Below are positions 26,352 through 39,839 of a stretch of DNA of 64,000 nt, in pieces; the first letter of the stretch is position 1; each line of letters opens with the position of its first letter. Below the pieces are notes generated by a model, which saw only the letters and a list, made by a program, of their open reading frames with translations, made no database searches and was not told the DNA's origin. Made by a program: the position numbers and the translations under genes. Location of the stretch: NCBI RefSeq assembly GCF_009914755.1, contig NC_060931.1; one strand, 5' to 3'. This DNA comes from the human T2T-CHM13v2.0 reference genome, Homo sapiens.

Positions 26352-27734
26352 TCTTCCTTTCTCACTGATCTCCAATTTTGTTCAGTGCAGCAATGTGCCC
26401 ACTTTATAAAATTGAATTCCCAGCTCACTTGTGCCTGGTGGCCCCATGACATCATTCTAGCCGATGAGGTGTATGTGGATGTCTATTGGGTGGAGCTTCC
26501 TGAACAGCTCTTAATTTCCTGGTTAAAAGAGACAGTCTCACTTGGTACATGCCTTTTGACCTTCACTGTTAGCTGTTTTTCATGCCCACAACCCACATTC
26601 GATGTCTGGATGTGCAAGCAGTCATCTTATAGGCATAAAGATGAAAGTCACAAATGACGGATGGTGGGGGGGAATGATAAAGGGAGTTTGAGACCTGATG
26701 GCTTAATGGAGCTTCTGGTGCTACCTCCCTCGACTGACTACATAGCTCTGCACTTTCTGTTATTTGGGAAAAATGACTCCTATTTGGTTATGTCACTGTT
26801 TCTTGCTACGTGCACCTGGACACAATCCTAGTCCCAATACATTCCTTTGTCATCTTCTGACTTCTATAATTACACAGTACATCACACTGAATTTTCATTC
26901 CTTATTTACGTAGGTTTCTCCTCAACTCTTCAGTGAATTACTTGAGGGCAAACATTGGGTCAGACTTAGCCTTGTACAGTACATTTTTATTAAATTGATG
27001 AGTTTATATTTAAAATAAACCTTTAATAAATTCTTCGAACGTTTCCCTCAGAGAATAAGCTCAATCATTCTATTGGTGATCAGCAAATCTTGTCTCATCC
27101 TGAGCTTCTTTCCCACCAGTGCCAAGACCTGGGTCAGAGAAGAGAGACATCAAAGGCAGCCGAGGGGGTGGGGAGGGAAAGACCTGTTTGATGTGAAAAT
27201 AGAGGGAGGGGTCTTTCGTGGGTTGACTACAAAGAAGCACTTCTTCTGTGAAAGTGGCTGCTGGCTCACCAGGTCATTATTTTTGCCATTCACCTTGCAT
27301 GGGTCAGAGGACTTGAAGATAGATTCCCGCAGCCAGAGAGTCTACAATCATCGCAAACATGACTCTAACCTGTCACTGCCCCCTGCCCCCTTTTAAGGCC
27401 TCTCCCTCAAAGGATAAGAAGGGAAGAGTCAAAGTTGATTCCAGGGTGATGAGGTGACTAGGAGGATGGCTTGTCATTAAGAGAAATAGGTGGTCAGGGG
27501 TGGGGGGCAGAGACACACAATACAGTGGGGTTTCTTCCACATCCCAGTGGTGCTGGGCAGCAGGCCAGCAGGGAGGTGGCTCGGAGAGTTGTCAAGATGG
27601 AAGTGATCCCTGGAAATGTGGGGAGGAAGGGATCCCCCAAGGGCATTTTCTGCCCAAGTAAAGCAAGGAGAGAAAGAGGAGAGGGCCAGAACTCTGGGAA
27701 ATCTCTAAACTTGGGCGAATCAAGAGAAACAAAT

Positions 27735-28040
27735 GGGATTTTTAGGGCAGTGGAACGATGCGATTCTGTAGTGGTGGATGCCTGTCATTATACATTTGTC
27801 AAAACCAAAAGAATGGACAAGACAAAGAGTGCACCGTAATGTAAACTGTGGGCTTTAATAATATTGTATCAGTATTAGCTCATCTATTATAACAAACGTA
27901 CCATGCTAACGCAAGATATTAATAATGGGGAAGTTGGCAGGGGTAAGGGGGAGTTATGTGGAAACTCTCTGTGCTTTCTGCTCAATTTTTCTGTAAACCT
28001 AAAACTGCTCTAAAAAATGAGGTCTATTAATTTAAGAAAA
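27735..28040 (+). mobile_element. L1MC 3' end
   Basis: tgtcattatacatttgtcaaaacc...tttctgctcaatttttctgtaaacctaaaactgctctaaaaaat. Confidence 0.85.
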
Positions 28041-28489
28041 CCCACAAAAAATAGAGAAAGAAAAATGGGAAGGAGAAAAACAAAACGAGTTCAGTCTTGG
28101 ATGCCAAAAGAGAAGAAGAGGAGAAAGGCGAAGGAACACTCTGGATTAATGGAACTGACATCAAGTCAGGAATCAGAATAGCCTCTACCGAGCCATTTAC
28201 TATGTGTGACCTTGGGGAATCCACTTACTACATCTGTTATGTCTGGGATTCATTATTACTGTTCTTACCTGTGTAATAACTATGTAAGACATTAGAGTGT
28301 TTCCCCAAACTTGGTAAACATACCAAAATCAGTTGGTGGTTTTGAAGATACTGGAATGTGACCTTCAAAATAATATTGAATCACACAGTAAGAAAGTAAT
28401 CTGCTTTTCAGTTCAAATTTGGTGAAATACAAAGTTTCAATTTGATGTTAGTATGACTGTAATGGCTTTGCAATAATTAACTGCTGAGC

Positions 28490-29305
28490 TCAATTTTTAT
28501 TGTGATAAATAAAATATATATAATATAAAATACATATAATATAAAAATCACCACTTCAACCATTTTTAGGTGTACAGTTCAGTAGCATGAAGTACATTCA
28601 CATTGTTGTACAATTATTATCATTATCTCCAGAACTTTTTTTTATTTTTTGAGACAGGGTCTCGCTCTCCTACCCAGGCTGGAGTGCAGTAGTGTGATCA
28701 TAGCTCACTGCAACTTTGAACTCCTGGCAATCCTTCCATCTCAGCCTCTCAAAGTGCTGGGATTACAGGCATAAGCCACTGCGCCTGGCCTATCTCCAGA
28801 ACTTTTTAATGAACCCAAACTGAAACTCTATATCCATTAAATAATCATTCTCCATCCCCCCTTCCCCAGCCCCAGACAACCACCATTAATACTTTCTGTC
28901 TCCATTACTTTGACTACTCTAGGTATCACATATAAGTAGAATTGTATAATACTTGTCCTTTTATATCTGGCTTCTTTCACTTCACGTAATATCTTCAAGT
29001 TAATCTATGTTGCAGCATGTGTCAGAATTTCCTATCATTTTAAGGTTGAATAATATTCCATTGTACAGATTGACCACATTTTGCTTATTCATTCAACTAT
29101 CCAGGACACGGGTTATTTCCGCCTTTGGATTTTGTGAATAATGCTGCTATGAACATGGGCATACAAATACCTCTTCAAGGCCCTGCTTTTGATTTCTTTG
29201 TGTACACGTCCAGAAGTGAAATTGGTGGATCAAATGGTAGTTCTACGCTTAATTTTTTGAGGACCCTCCGTACTGTTTTTCACAATGCCTGCAGCATCCT
29301 TATTT
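28490..29305 (-). mobile_element. L1MB 3' region interrupted by an Alu monomer
   Basis: gtacagttcagtagcatgaagtacattcacattgttgt, gtgaataatgctgctatgaacatgg, ggatcaaatggtagttcta. Confidence 0.88.
28641..28790 (-). mobile_element. Alu monomer (AluJ left/right-arm chimera or FRAM-like)
   Basis: About 150 bp; perfect 17-bp TSD tatctccagaacttttt at 28624-28640 and 28791-28807. Confidence 0.88.
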
Positions 29306-32300
29306 TAAGACAAAATGTGAATGGACTGTGGGCTCTAAGCCTTGTCAGGAAATCGTTTCTGGCTAGACTTACAAAGGAAATGCGGGAAACGTGGTCACTC
29401 AAGGGTGGCCCCCACTATGTCCTCCCAATGCCCCATTCCTTGCCTCTCCTATGGGCCATCAAAGAAATCTGTGGGCACCTGGGCGTGAGGCTCCGCTGAG
29501 ATCCTTATGGGTGGGACTGGGGTGGAGCCTCCTCCTCGTGGGTTGGACAGTGGTTAGAAAGCAGTGTCTGGGACTAGGTCCTGGGAAAAGTCTGGCATCT
29601 GGGGACAGGGGAAGGGTTGATGTTGACCCTTGTGAGTGAGACAGGCCTCTATGGACCTGGAAGGGCCAGGAGGAAGCTCAGTAGGTGGAGTGAGCCTTCC
29701 TCCTCTGGGTGGGAGCAGTGGGGGAAACCAGAGAGCTGACTTTCTCCAGGGGCTCAGGAGTTCACCTTCAGCCACAGGCCACAGTCTCTGACTTTAAAAT
29801 TGAACAACAATGTTTTGTTTTCACTGAATTTCTTTATACTAGTGCCTCTTATTTAAGACCAATGATACTGATTATTAATAAGAACAATATACATTTTTCT
29901 TTCAAAATAAATTTGTTAAAATAGGTGAGTCTATTTAAGAAAAATGCTTAGTAAGTAACTGAGGGACAAAAGGATATGGCAAACATGGGGAAGGTGGTAC
30001 GATCATCTAGCCTGAAGTTTGGGACTGAGATATTGCATGCTTTTTTCAGAGTCATGAGGTTCAAATGACAAAACATATGTGAAAGTGTTTCATGAGCTAT
30101 AAAGCACCCTTTGGGTGTAACACAGCATCATTTTCATGACAGATGCTGCAGGTGGTCCAGTAGAGTGGTGCAGGAAGGCAGGCAGGACTGGAGAGTAAGG
30201 GGGAGGTGGGGAATAAGGAGGACCAGGGTAGGCAGGAGGTTAATGGGTTTGGTGGTGAAGGGAAGACAGACCTGAATTTTTTTTTTTTTTTTTTAAGAAT
30301 GGGGACATTGAGTGTGATCTCTCACATGGAGGGGAAGCAGCAGAATCTCATCTGACAGCACACGTGGGCAGCAGCGATGGCCTGGTGGGGCAGTAGAGGT
30401 GGGATTATGGGCAAGACTGGGAAGGGTGTGCTCCTTTCTCAGAGGCCAGAGCTCTCTGGTTTGGCAGTGGTAGAGAGGAGAGAGGCTAGCCTGCGAATGG
30501 GCGTCCTCAGGGAAGCAGGAAGTGAGTGGGTGTGGGCAGGTCTGCAGTTCACTCCGGATGGAAGGAAGGCTGCCGGGAGTAGGAACCTAGGGCAGCATTC
30601 TTCACACTCTATGTGCAGAGTGTCTCCTGGGCAGAGGCTTCAGAATACAGATTCCTGGGCTCTCCCCTCTGCCTCTACTTCTGAATGTCTAATGGCAGGC
30701 CTGGGAACTGTGTCTGTAACATATACTCAGAGAGGATGATGCTGGAGAACAATTAGGAGATCCAATGAAGACACCAAGGGGAGCAAAAGAGACTGTCAGC
30801 ACTTTGGTTGGAGCTAGAGTTGGTCAAGGCATTATTCCATGTATTTCACCTGGTTTTCACTCATTTGACAGGGATCTATTGTGCTTTGGTGTGTCCAGTA
30901 CTGTGGGAAACACAAATAAAGGAGGTAGAGCGGTGGGGAGAGTGAGACTGGTGAAGGCCCAGCAGCTGTTCCAGGCACTGTTTCTCCCTGGCAGAGGCTG
31001 GATTCATGGATGATGCTGGTACTGAGGCGTGGTTTGACTTTGAGGAGCATGAATGCCTGGCCTTTGGTATCTAGAGAGATGAAAGGTACAGTTTCAGCCT
31101 GGACATTCAGTTTTCCCTGCCAAATCTAGGTAGACGATGACTTGAGTTCTTAAGTACACAAGGAGCAGTCCAGGGTCCTGGGTGTTGGATGATTTCTATA
31201 ATGCCAGCTGGCATTTTTGCTCCGTTAGTGTGCCACAGATGGGGGAGTCACTGGTGAGTGCCACTGAGGGCAGGCCTTATTCTGCTTCCTTTCTTGGGAC
31301 AACATTGACTCCTCTGGTTTAAGCTGACAGAGATTTCTCCTGGTGTTGGTGCTAGCCATCTTCCAGATGAGATTAAAACCTAAAATGCTCATTTAGTTTG
31401 TCTTAAAAGTGTCTTACAAGCAACTTGTCTGCTGAGCTCTGTGTGCTGCAATCATGGCAGGAAATGGAATCTCGGGTTTCAGGCAGGGGCAAGTGATACA
31501 GTTTAGAGTTAGTGTTGAGGCTTGAAGACTGTAGGGTTACAACATTCAGTTGGATGTGATTCAGAGCAAGTTCGGACAGTCTTTCTCTCAGAAATTGACG
31601 CAAGGCTGCACTCTATTTACTGGAAGGCTTGCAGGCGGTTGACTGCTAATGTGCTCATATGGAATTTGGGCAACAACACCTCTTGCCCTCTCTAGACTGT
31701 CACTAAGTACACAATCCGATGCTTGTCATGCTGACTTGGTTTCCTCTGTTCTACTGAGGACTTGGTTGTCCTTCCTCAATCTTTCCCTTCATATCACACA
31801 TGGTATGACTCTTACCAACCTTCCCTTTAGCTATACCACATCAACTATTCAACTGCAGTAGCTGTTGGGCAATTGGAGACTGTCTTTTCTTTGCCTTCCT
31901 GGGAAGAGGCCATGATGGTTCCACGCCAGCAGCCCTGAGGTGGGAGGGGCTTGTTGCTTTCACCAGGGACCGTGGTACCACCATCACCTTGGTGGGTTTG
32001 ATGCAACATGAGGAGGTGGATGATGGAACAGGCGCCCCTAGATTGGGTCCTCTGCTATGGGGAAGGGGTCATTAAAAGATCTGCTTTAGGTGAATCACTC
32101 TAGGCTGGGGCAGGGTCCCAGCAGAATGTGATTTCTACTTCTAAAGGTACCCAGAGGTACCAATTTCACTCTGAAAGGAGCCAGTTCTTGCTCTGCTCCA
32201 ATTTGCTCTTTAGTCTTCTGGGTTGAGACAAATATGTTCAACAGAGCCCCCTTGTGGAGAGAGACAATGTACAACTGTCTATCAAAGGCCCTGAGAAGGC

Positions 32301-32606
32301 CTGTAGCAAAGAAGCCCACTGCCTTTAATTCGGCATTTCCCAATATTATTAAGCCATAGAACCTCCTTTTCTAAATTTTGCTATGTACTCCTGGGGGAAC
32401 TAGTGTTCCACAAAGTGCCCTCTGCGAAACACTGTTCTAAGAATTTAATAATTCCAAAACCTCCCTTGCCCTTTAAAAAAAAAAACACCAAAAAAACAAA
32501 AACCTGTATCTGGGGTATATACCCTAGTGACTGGTAATCATAATCTTAAAATGAAAAAGTTAGAAGGGCCTGCTTTTCCTTTCTTTAGAAACAGAAGAAA
32601 AAATGA

Positions 32607-33028
32607 GTACATAATTAGCATATGCTAACTGCTATAACAGGCAACTCCCTGAATTTTGATTATCTTAAACTACATACATTTATCTCTCTACCATGTCACA
32701 GCTCAGTGCAGTTAGTGGGGAGCCCTACCCTGTGCAGTCATTCAGGGTTTCATTCTTCTCCCACTGTGTGGCTTTGCCATGTCCAGAATGGGACTTCAAT
32801 GTCACCTTGCTGTGGTCCAGCTGGCAGATGGGGGAAGAGAGAGAGTAAAGAAGACACACGTGCTGAACTCCTTGGGCCCAGCAGTGACATAGCCAGCCCT
32901 ACATACATGCTATGGTGAGACCCTCTGTGGTGCCCCACCTAGATACAGGCATGCCAGGAAAGGCAGCTTAGCCTTGTGTCCAGAAAACTGAAACACGCAC
33001 GGCGAACATCTGAGTCCTCTCTGCCACT
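32607..33028 (-). mobile_element. Old MaLR LTR (MLT1J-like)
   Basis: atgctaactgctataaca, gcagtcattcaggg, ggcccagcagtgaca, ends ctctgccac. Confidence 0.65.
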
Positions 33029-33267
33029 GTGAGATAAGACATTGAGATGAGGTGTCTGAATCCTAGTCTGGGCGGAGGCAGAAGGAAGGGACCCAAGAGA
33101 TGGTGAAGACAGAGAGAAAGGCAGGACCGGGAGCCTGGAGCAGAAGGAAAAGGACACCCGGGAGCCAGCCTAGGAGAGGCAGAGCCAAAGATTCCAGGGT
33201 CTCCATGAATAGAAGGTGCCATCTTGAGGCTCTGAGAAGGGATTGGATGCTTTTAAAGAAGCATGGG

Positions 33268-33710
<443 letters not shown>

Positions 33711-34544
33711 TTACCTGAGGGGAAAAAAAGCATTTCTTTTGAAGTAGGAACAAGTCGGGAAAGAATTTACTTTTATTAGCTTTACTTTAGTAAAGTATCT
33801 TTGTTCCACTGGTCCAGGGCTTCTCAACTTGTATGCCACCAATGGTCTTCCCACGCCTTAGGGAATGGGATGGGGTGGGAATAGAATCCCTCAACAATCT
33901 CCTCTGGCTCTGGAATCTCCTCCTTTTTCCTGAATGAGTCATACCAACATCATCATTTTCTGTGTGTACCATAATGCACAAAACTCTGGGAAGCTCCACA
34001 TTAGCTCAGTATCAGTGTCTGCCAAGGTATGGGGTTGGTACCCATCGTAAAACTCCATAATCAACCCATCAATTACCATATTTTATCTCTTTACACCCTG
34101 TGTTGCATAAATGCCCAAGAAGCAAGAAGCAATCAAATTAGAAATAGTTGCAGAAAATATGACAAAGGAAAAATAAAGATTGGAAAGACAACAAGGAGAC
34201 AAGAGAGAGGTCGGCTTGGTACCCAGGAAGGCATGTGGAATAGACTTGAGTGAACTACACATTCCACAGCATCAATGAGATGAAAATAAAATGGATATTC
34301 AGAAGCAGCCTATTCCTCTCAGTAAAAAAGGTCCTAGAAAAAGACATCTTTCCTGATGATCCCAACCCTCCATAACATTTTTATAGTGAATACAAGCACA
34401 CACTTTGTGGGACTCTTCTTCAGAGTGTTCTTCAGTGTACGTTCAGGGCAAAATTCCAAAGTTCAGGCTGGGAAAAGTAGTTTGGGAAGGGGTGAAGGTG
34501 GGGCCAGGAATGCATCTGTGTGAGATGATGTTCAACATCCCAGG

Positions 34545-35200
34545 GAATCCATAAAATGTAAATAAAAATGCAATGCTACTTTCCAGCTATCAGATTGGCA
34601 AAGATTACAGAGACTAATTCCAAAGAGGAATAATGCCTCATACCTGTGAGGGTGTGTAGAAACTGGCACTTCTGATATTTCTAAATTGATACAACCTTCT
34701 TGCATAGCAGTTTGGCTGTGTAAAAACACATCAAGACAAGTATGGCCTTGAGGAAGACTCTTTCTAGAAAATTCACTGAAGGAAATAATCATGGGTGTGT
34801 CCAAAGATGTACTTACAAAGATGTTCATCATTGCATTTTTTCTAATGTCTAAAAATGAGAAAATAGGGGATTGAAGAAATTGTAGTTTACCTATGAAGTA
34901 GGATAGACACTAAAAATCATGTTGAAGAAAACAATGTAAAAATAAACCATGTTGGATGATTTTTTACTGACATGGAAATCCATTTATAACTAAACAGATG
35001 AGACAAGCATATTACTATGCAATATAATTTTATTTTTTTAAAAAAATGCACACAAGTGTACACACACACATCCTAGAATTATATACATTAAAATGTACAT
35101 AGTGGTTTTCTTCATAAGGTGATATTTTGAGTAATATACGATACACAGTTTTTCATTTTCTCTGTTTCTTTTTCCTTGCGTTTATCTTCTAAATTTTTGA
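34545..35200 (+). mobile_element. Ancient L1ME fragment
   Basis: ctatcagattggcaaagatt, aaattgatacaacctt, caaagatgttcatcattgcatt. Confidence 0.65.
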
Positions 35201-35272
35201 CACTAAGAAATAAAAATCCATTTTTATTTTTTCTTTATGATTATTTATTTTTAACCAACAAAAATTGTACAC

Positions 35273-35524
35273 AGACAGTCCTCAATTTACGATGGTTCAA
35301 CTTACGATTTTTGACTTTATGATGGTGGGAACATAAGGTGAAGTCGGTAAAAACAGTGTTTTGGGTACCATTCTGTTTTTCACCTTCAGTACAGTATTTA
35401 ATAAATTACTTGAGATATTCAACACTTTCTTATAAAAAGGTCTTTGTGTGAGATGATTTTGCCAAACTCTAGGCTAATGTAAGTGCTCCGAGCACGTTTA
35501 AGGCAGGCTAGGCTAAGCTATGGT
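35273..35524 (-). mobile_element. MER47A-type Tigger-family DNA transposon (partial)
   Basis: cagacagtcctcaatttacgatggttcaacttacgatttt...gagcacgtttaaggcaggctaggctaagcta. Confidence 0.85.
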
Positions 35525-37352
35525 AAAATTCCATTTTTAAAGTGAGGGATAGGGGCTAATCATTTTTATACCATTCAGAGTCCTTCAAAATGACGATAGA
35601 GAACAGAGGAGCAAATTCTCTATACTATGCCATCCTCCCTGGGCAAGGGACATGAACCACGCTCTCCCCAGAAGCATGTCTCACACTGATGCAATGCCAT
35701 CGCCTCTGTAATAGTTTGGGGTGGAATTATCCATTTCGGTTATTATACCTAATAGAAATCACAATGGTAAGAAAGTGGTTCGCTTACCATAGAAATCACT
35801 TTCAAGCAACTAACCCATCCACCATCCTCTCTGTTCTGGGACTATGTCATCTTTTCCTCTTCTATCCAACTTTAGCAGCTTCCTCCCATGGTCACATCCT
35901 GATCCTTGTCAGTTCCAGGAACTTCTCCATAGAAAACAAACATCCCACTCTTGAACTTAGCCTCTTCTCCTCTCCAGCTGTCTATTCAACACCCCTTCCA
36001 TCTTCAATTGCTCTTAGAATTAATTGGGACCTTTGACCAGCTCCCCATATATACATTTTCTCATTATCCATCACCTGCCTCCTGTCTTTATTGTTCAGTT
36101 CAGATTTCATAAAACTAATCTTTTACATATTAAATTCCTATGCATCTCTGTCCTTCCAAAATGGAATTAGCAAGACTCCAACCCTGGATCAATCCATCCT
36201 CTACCTTCTCCTGGCGTCTGAAAATCGCCGGAGGAAATCTGCACAACTGTGTCAATTTTTAACATCATAAATTCTGAAATAACAATGCTAACTGGGATCC
36301 CGATGGAGTACAGCAAACTTACTTCATTTTTCCAGAGAGCTCACTCTTCCCTCCTTCACCAAGATGCCTCCATTCCCTGTACTCTCTCTAAAAGTTGGTT
36401 CCACTGGAACCCTCCCTCAGTTTCAGCCTCATAGTGGAGCTGCCAGATGGAGCCTGTTGCTGAGCCCAGGCTCTCACTTGCCCCTACGCTCATCCGCCAC
36501 TTCTTGCTCCTAACCACACTGGAGGAACTGTGCTCAGATCCCTCTCTGCTGCCTTCTTGGGGCCTCCTTCAGGTAGGAAGGCCCTCTCCTCCTTCATCTT
36601 AGCTTCTCCCCTTTATTACGTCCCTTTCAGGATTCAAACACACCCTCAAGTCTTAAAAATAAACAAGAACAACAGATCAGCAAACAAACCCAGCATCAAA
36701 ATCTATTCGAGAGCCCAGTGTCCCAGGCCCTTATCCTGGAACTGGCTGAGCTCCAGGACAGGAATCCAACTGATGAAAGCCTCACTCTAGGGGATCCAGA
36801 GCAGCTGGAGGAATGCGTCCCATGGCCTCGCTGCACCGGGCAGCCACTGCGGCCGTGTTGCCTGGTGGAACAGCTCATCCCAGCTTTGACGAACCTGACT
36901 CATCCCACCAAAGGTGGAATGCGACTGTTCCCTTGCCAGGGTGGGTTTTATTCCTGAGTCGGGCACCTAAGGAGAGTTTCCAGGATAATTCTGGAGAGGA
37001 GTATTGGAAAGGGTGAGAGAAGTCTGAAGGTTTCTTAGAAAAGGACCAGAAGCATCTTCCTGGGTAGGAGACACATTCGGGTTTTACAGTAGTGGGACAA
37101 CAGCCATCTTTGGGAAGGGGACACCCCCTCAGCAGGATGCTGCAAAGGGAGAGTTCTGAAGGCAGAATCTATAAAAAGATTCTGTCCATATAAGCTTAGT
37201 GAGTGCTTCTCAAAGTGTAGCCCATGGGCCACCTACATCAGAGTCTCCTGGGGACATCTGGCAAAAACTTTTTTGGATTCCTGGACCCCATTCTATTGAG
37301 TCACAATCTCTGGGGAGTGTCTGTAAAACCTGCATTAAAAATTTCAACTTTT

Positions 37353-37670
37353 GGCCGAGCGCGGTGGCTCACGCCTGTAATCCCAGCACTTTGGGAGGTC
37401 GAGGCAGGTGGATCACGAGGTCAGGAGATTGAGACCATCCTGGCCAACATGGTGAAACCCCGTCTCTACTAAAAATACAAAAAATTAGCTGGGCATGGTG
37501 GCGGGTGCCTGTAGTCACAGCTACTCGGGAGGCTGAGGCAGGAGAATGGCGTGAACCCAGGAGGCGGAGCTTGCAGTGAGCCGAGATTGAGCCTCTGCAC
37601 TCTAGCCTGGGCAACAAAGCAAGACTCTGTCTCAAAAAAAAAAAAAAGCAAATAAATAAATAAATAAAAA
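37353..37670 (+). mobile_element. AluY/Sc8-like, full length, with (AAAT)n tail
   Basis: gaatggcgtgaacccaggaggcggagcttgc; tttcaactttt flanks both sides (37342-37352 and 37677-37687). Confidence 0.93.
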
Positions 37671-37671
37671 T

Positions 37672-39088
37672 GTTTTTTTCAACTTTTATTTTTGACTCAG
37701 GGGGTACATGTGCAGGCTTGTTACACGGGTATATTGCATGATGCTGAGGTTTGGGGTATGAATGATTCCATCACTCAAGTAGTGAGCATTGTACCTAATA
37801 GGAAGTTTTCCAGCCCACATTCCCCTTCCTCCCTCCCGCTTCTAGTAGTCTCCACTTTCTATTGTTCCCATCTTTATGTTCATGTGTCCTCAATGCTTAG
37901 TTCCCACTTATAAGTGAAAACATGTGGTATTTGGTTTTCTGTTCCTGTATTCATTTGCTTAGGATCATAATCTCCAGCTGCATTCATGTTGCTGCAAAGG
38001 ACCTGATTTCATTCTTGTTTATGGTTGTGTAGTATTCCATGGTGTATATGTACTATATTTCCTTTATCTAATCCATCTTTGATGGGCACCTAGATGGATT
38101 CCATGACTTCACTATTGTGAATAGTGCTGTGATGAACATATGAGTGTGTGTGTCCTTTTGGTAGAAAAGTTTATTTTCTTTTGGGTTTATACCCAGTAAT
38201 GGGATTGATGGGTCAAATGGTAGTTCTGTTTTAAGCTCTTTGAGAAAACTACAAACTACCTTCCACAGTAGCTGGCCTAACTTACATTCCCACCAGCAGT
38301 GTTTAAGTGTTCCCTTTTCTTTGCAACCTCCCCAGCCTCTGCTATTTTTTGACTTTTTAATAATAGCCATGCTGACTGGGGTGAGATAGAATCTCATTGT
38401 GGTTTTGATTTGCATTTCTGTTATGACTAGTGACAATGAGCATTTTTAAAAATATGTTTCTTGGCCACTTGTATATCTTCTTTTGAGAAGCAGCTGTTCA
38501 TGTCCTTTGCCCATCTTTTTTTTTTTTTTTTTTTTTTTTTCTGAGACGGAGTCTTGCTCTGTAGCTCAGGCTGGAGTGCAGAGGTGTGATCTCAGCTAAC
38601 TGCAACCTCTGCCTCCCAGGTTCAAGCGATTCTATTGCTCCGCCTCCCATGTAGCTGGGATTACAGGTGTGCACAACCATGCCTGGCTACTTTTTGTATT
38701 TTTAGTAGAGATGGAGTTTCACTGGATGTTGACCAGGCTGGTCTCGAACTCCTGACCTCAAGTGATCTGCCCACCTTGGCCTCCCAAAATGTTGGGATTA
38801 CAGGTGTGAGCTACCGCTCCCAGCCTTGCCTGTCTTTTAATGAGGTCATTTGTTTTTTGCTTGCTGATTGAAGTTCCTTACACATTCTGGATAGTAGTCC
38901 TTTATTGGATGCATAGTCTGCAAATATTTTCTCTCATTGTGCAGGTTGTCTGTTTACTTTGTTGCTATTTTCTTTTGTTGTGCAGAGCCCTTTAGTATAA
39001 TTAGGTCCCACTGTTGTTTTTTTGTTTTTCTTACAATTGCTTTTGGGGACTTAGCCATAAGTTCTTTGCCAAGGCTGATGTTGAGTAG
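37672..39088 (-). mobile_element. 5'-truncated L1PA (old, about PA13-16): 3' UTR plus ORF2 end
   Basis: ggggtacatgtgcagg...; ORF 38068-38436 (-) is the L1 ORF2 C-terminus (IKTTMRFYLTPV...HCWWECKL...ELPFDPSIPLLGI); TSD gt(a/g)aaa(c/t)ctgcatta at 37323-37337 and 39089-39103. Confidence 0.9.
38516..38825 (-). mobile_element. AluSx/Sz-like inserted in the L1PA
   Basis: Poly-T plus dimer; TSD ttgcc(ca/tg)tctttt. Confidence 0.92.
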
Positions 39089-39407
39089 GTGAAATCTGCA
39101 TTATTAACAGTTCCCTAAATTACTCTTATGTGTACAAAGCAGCCTAGACCCTGAGAGATGATTAAATGATCTTCAGAAATTCCATTCTCCTCAGAATAAC
39201 ATTCTGTTCTTTTCTGGAAGACAATAAAAAAGTGGAGAAGCTCAGCCTTACCTACTTCTCTCCCTGAGAACTACTAGGGGAGACCTGGGCACGTATCTTC
39301 GAAATGCACGGGCCCCCCTTGCTCTTTGATATCTGATGTTCTGGGAGAACACGTATAGGTTCTGACAATGTTTAAAACCTCCTAGTAGGGGCACAACAGT
39401 CTCTGAT

Positions 39408-39445
39408 AACACACACATGCACACACACACACACACACACACACA
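39408..39445. repeat. (CA)n microsatellite, interrupted
   Basis: Direct inspection. Confidence 0.95.
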
Positions 39446-39839
39446 TGGATTCTAAACATGCAAAAAATTCCTGTAAGGCCTGGTAGATATGATGTCAGAA
39501 AGAAAAACAATTGCAATATCTTTTGTGTACTATGTCACAGAACTGCAGCCAGGGAAGGGGTTAACATGTTATTCTCTGCAGGTAAGTTTCCTCTCTCTCT
39601 CTCTCTTTCTCAATCCATTCTTTAAAGGGCTGGGTAAATCATTGGTGGAGCTGGGCGGGATAGCAGGCAGAGGGAGGGTGTTCAGGCTGCATTTTAGGGG
39701 AAGCTGCAAGGACAATTGGGGCAGGAGGGTCCACAGAGTTACCCAAGGGGAAGAAGGACATTGATCCAGCTGCTTCTGTCTGTGGGGTAGCTTCTCACCA
39801 TGTTCCCTTCTCTATCAGCTTTTGTCTTCTCTGGACACT

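Larger units (their letters stand above)
25579..26841 (+). mobile_element. Old MaLR LTR (MLT1J/K/L-like), split
   Basis: Starts tgtggtagg, resumes at about 26352 (ccaattttgttcag...gcagtcatctt...) and ends aataca. Confidence 0.55.
25140..26990 (+). mobile_element. L2 split by nested MaLR LTRs
   Basis: L2-like sequence at 25140-25575 and 26842-26990. Confidence 0.5.
37200..39140. mobile_element. MER5A-type element split by an L1PA insertion
   Basis: gtgcttctcaaagtgt...acctgcatta at 37200-37337 resumes at 39089 (aatctgcattattaacag). Confidence 0.65.

Noticed and set aside
29780-30030. Possible hAT-Charlie fragment (with similar weak candidates near 28300, 32300 and 62850)
   Set aside because: Too degenerate to assign a family or boundaries without an alignment
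31225-31275. CTCF-like sequences (also near 22555, 32822 and 36440)
   Set aside because: Spacing or core mismatches relative to CCASYAGRKGGCRS
38068-38436. 122-aa ORF with real protein similarity
   Set aside because: Remnant of the L1 ORF2 C-terminus in a 5'-truncated element. The same applies to 61589-61882 and 3264-3488.
39571-39590. Isolated perfect donor CAG|GTAAGT at 39581/39582
   Set aside because: No convincing paired acceptor or promoter; such 9-mers occur by chance
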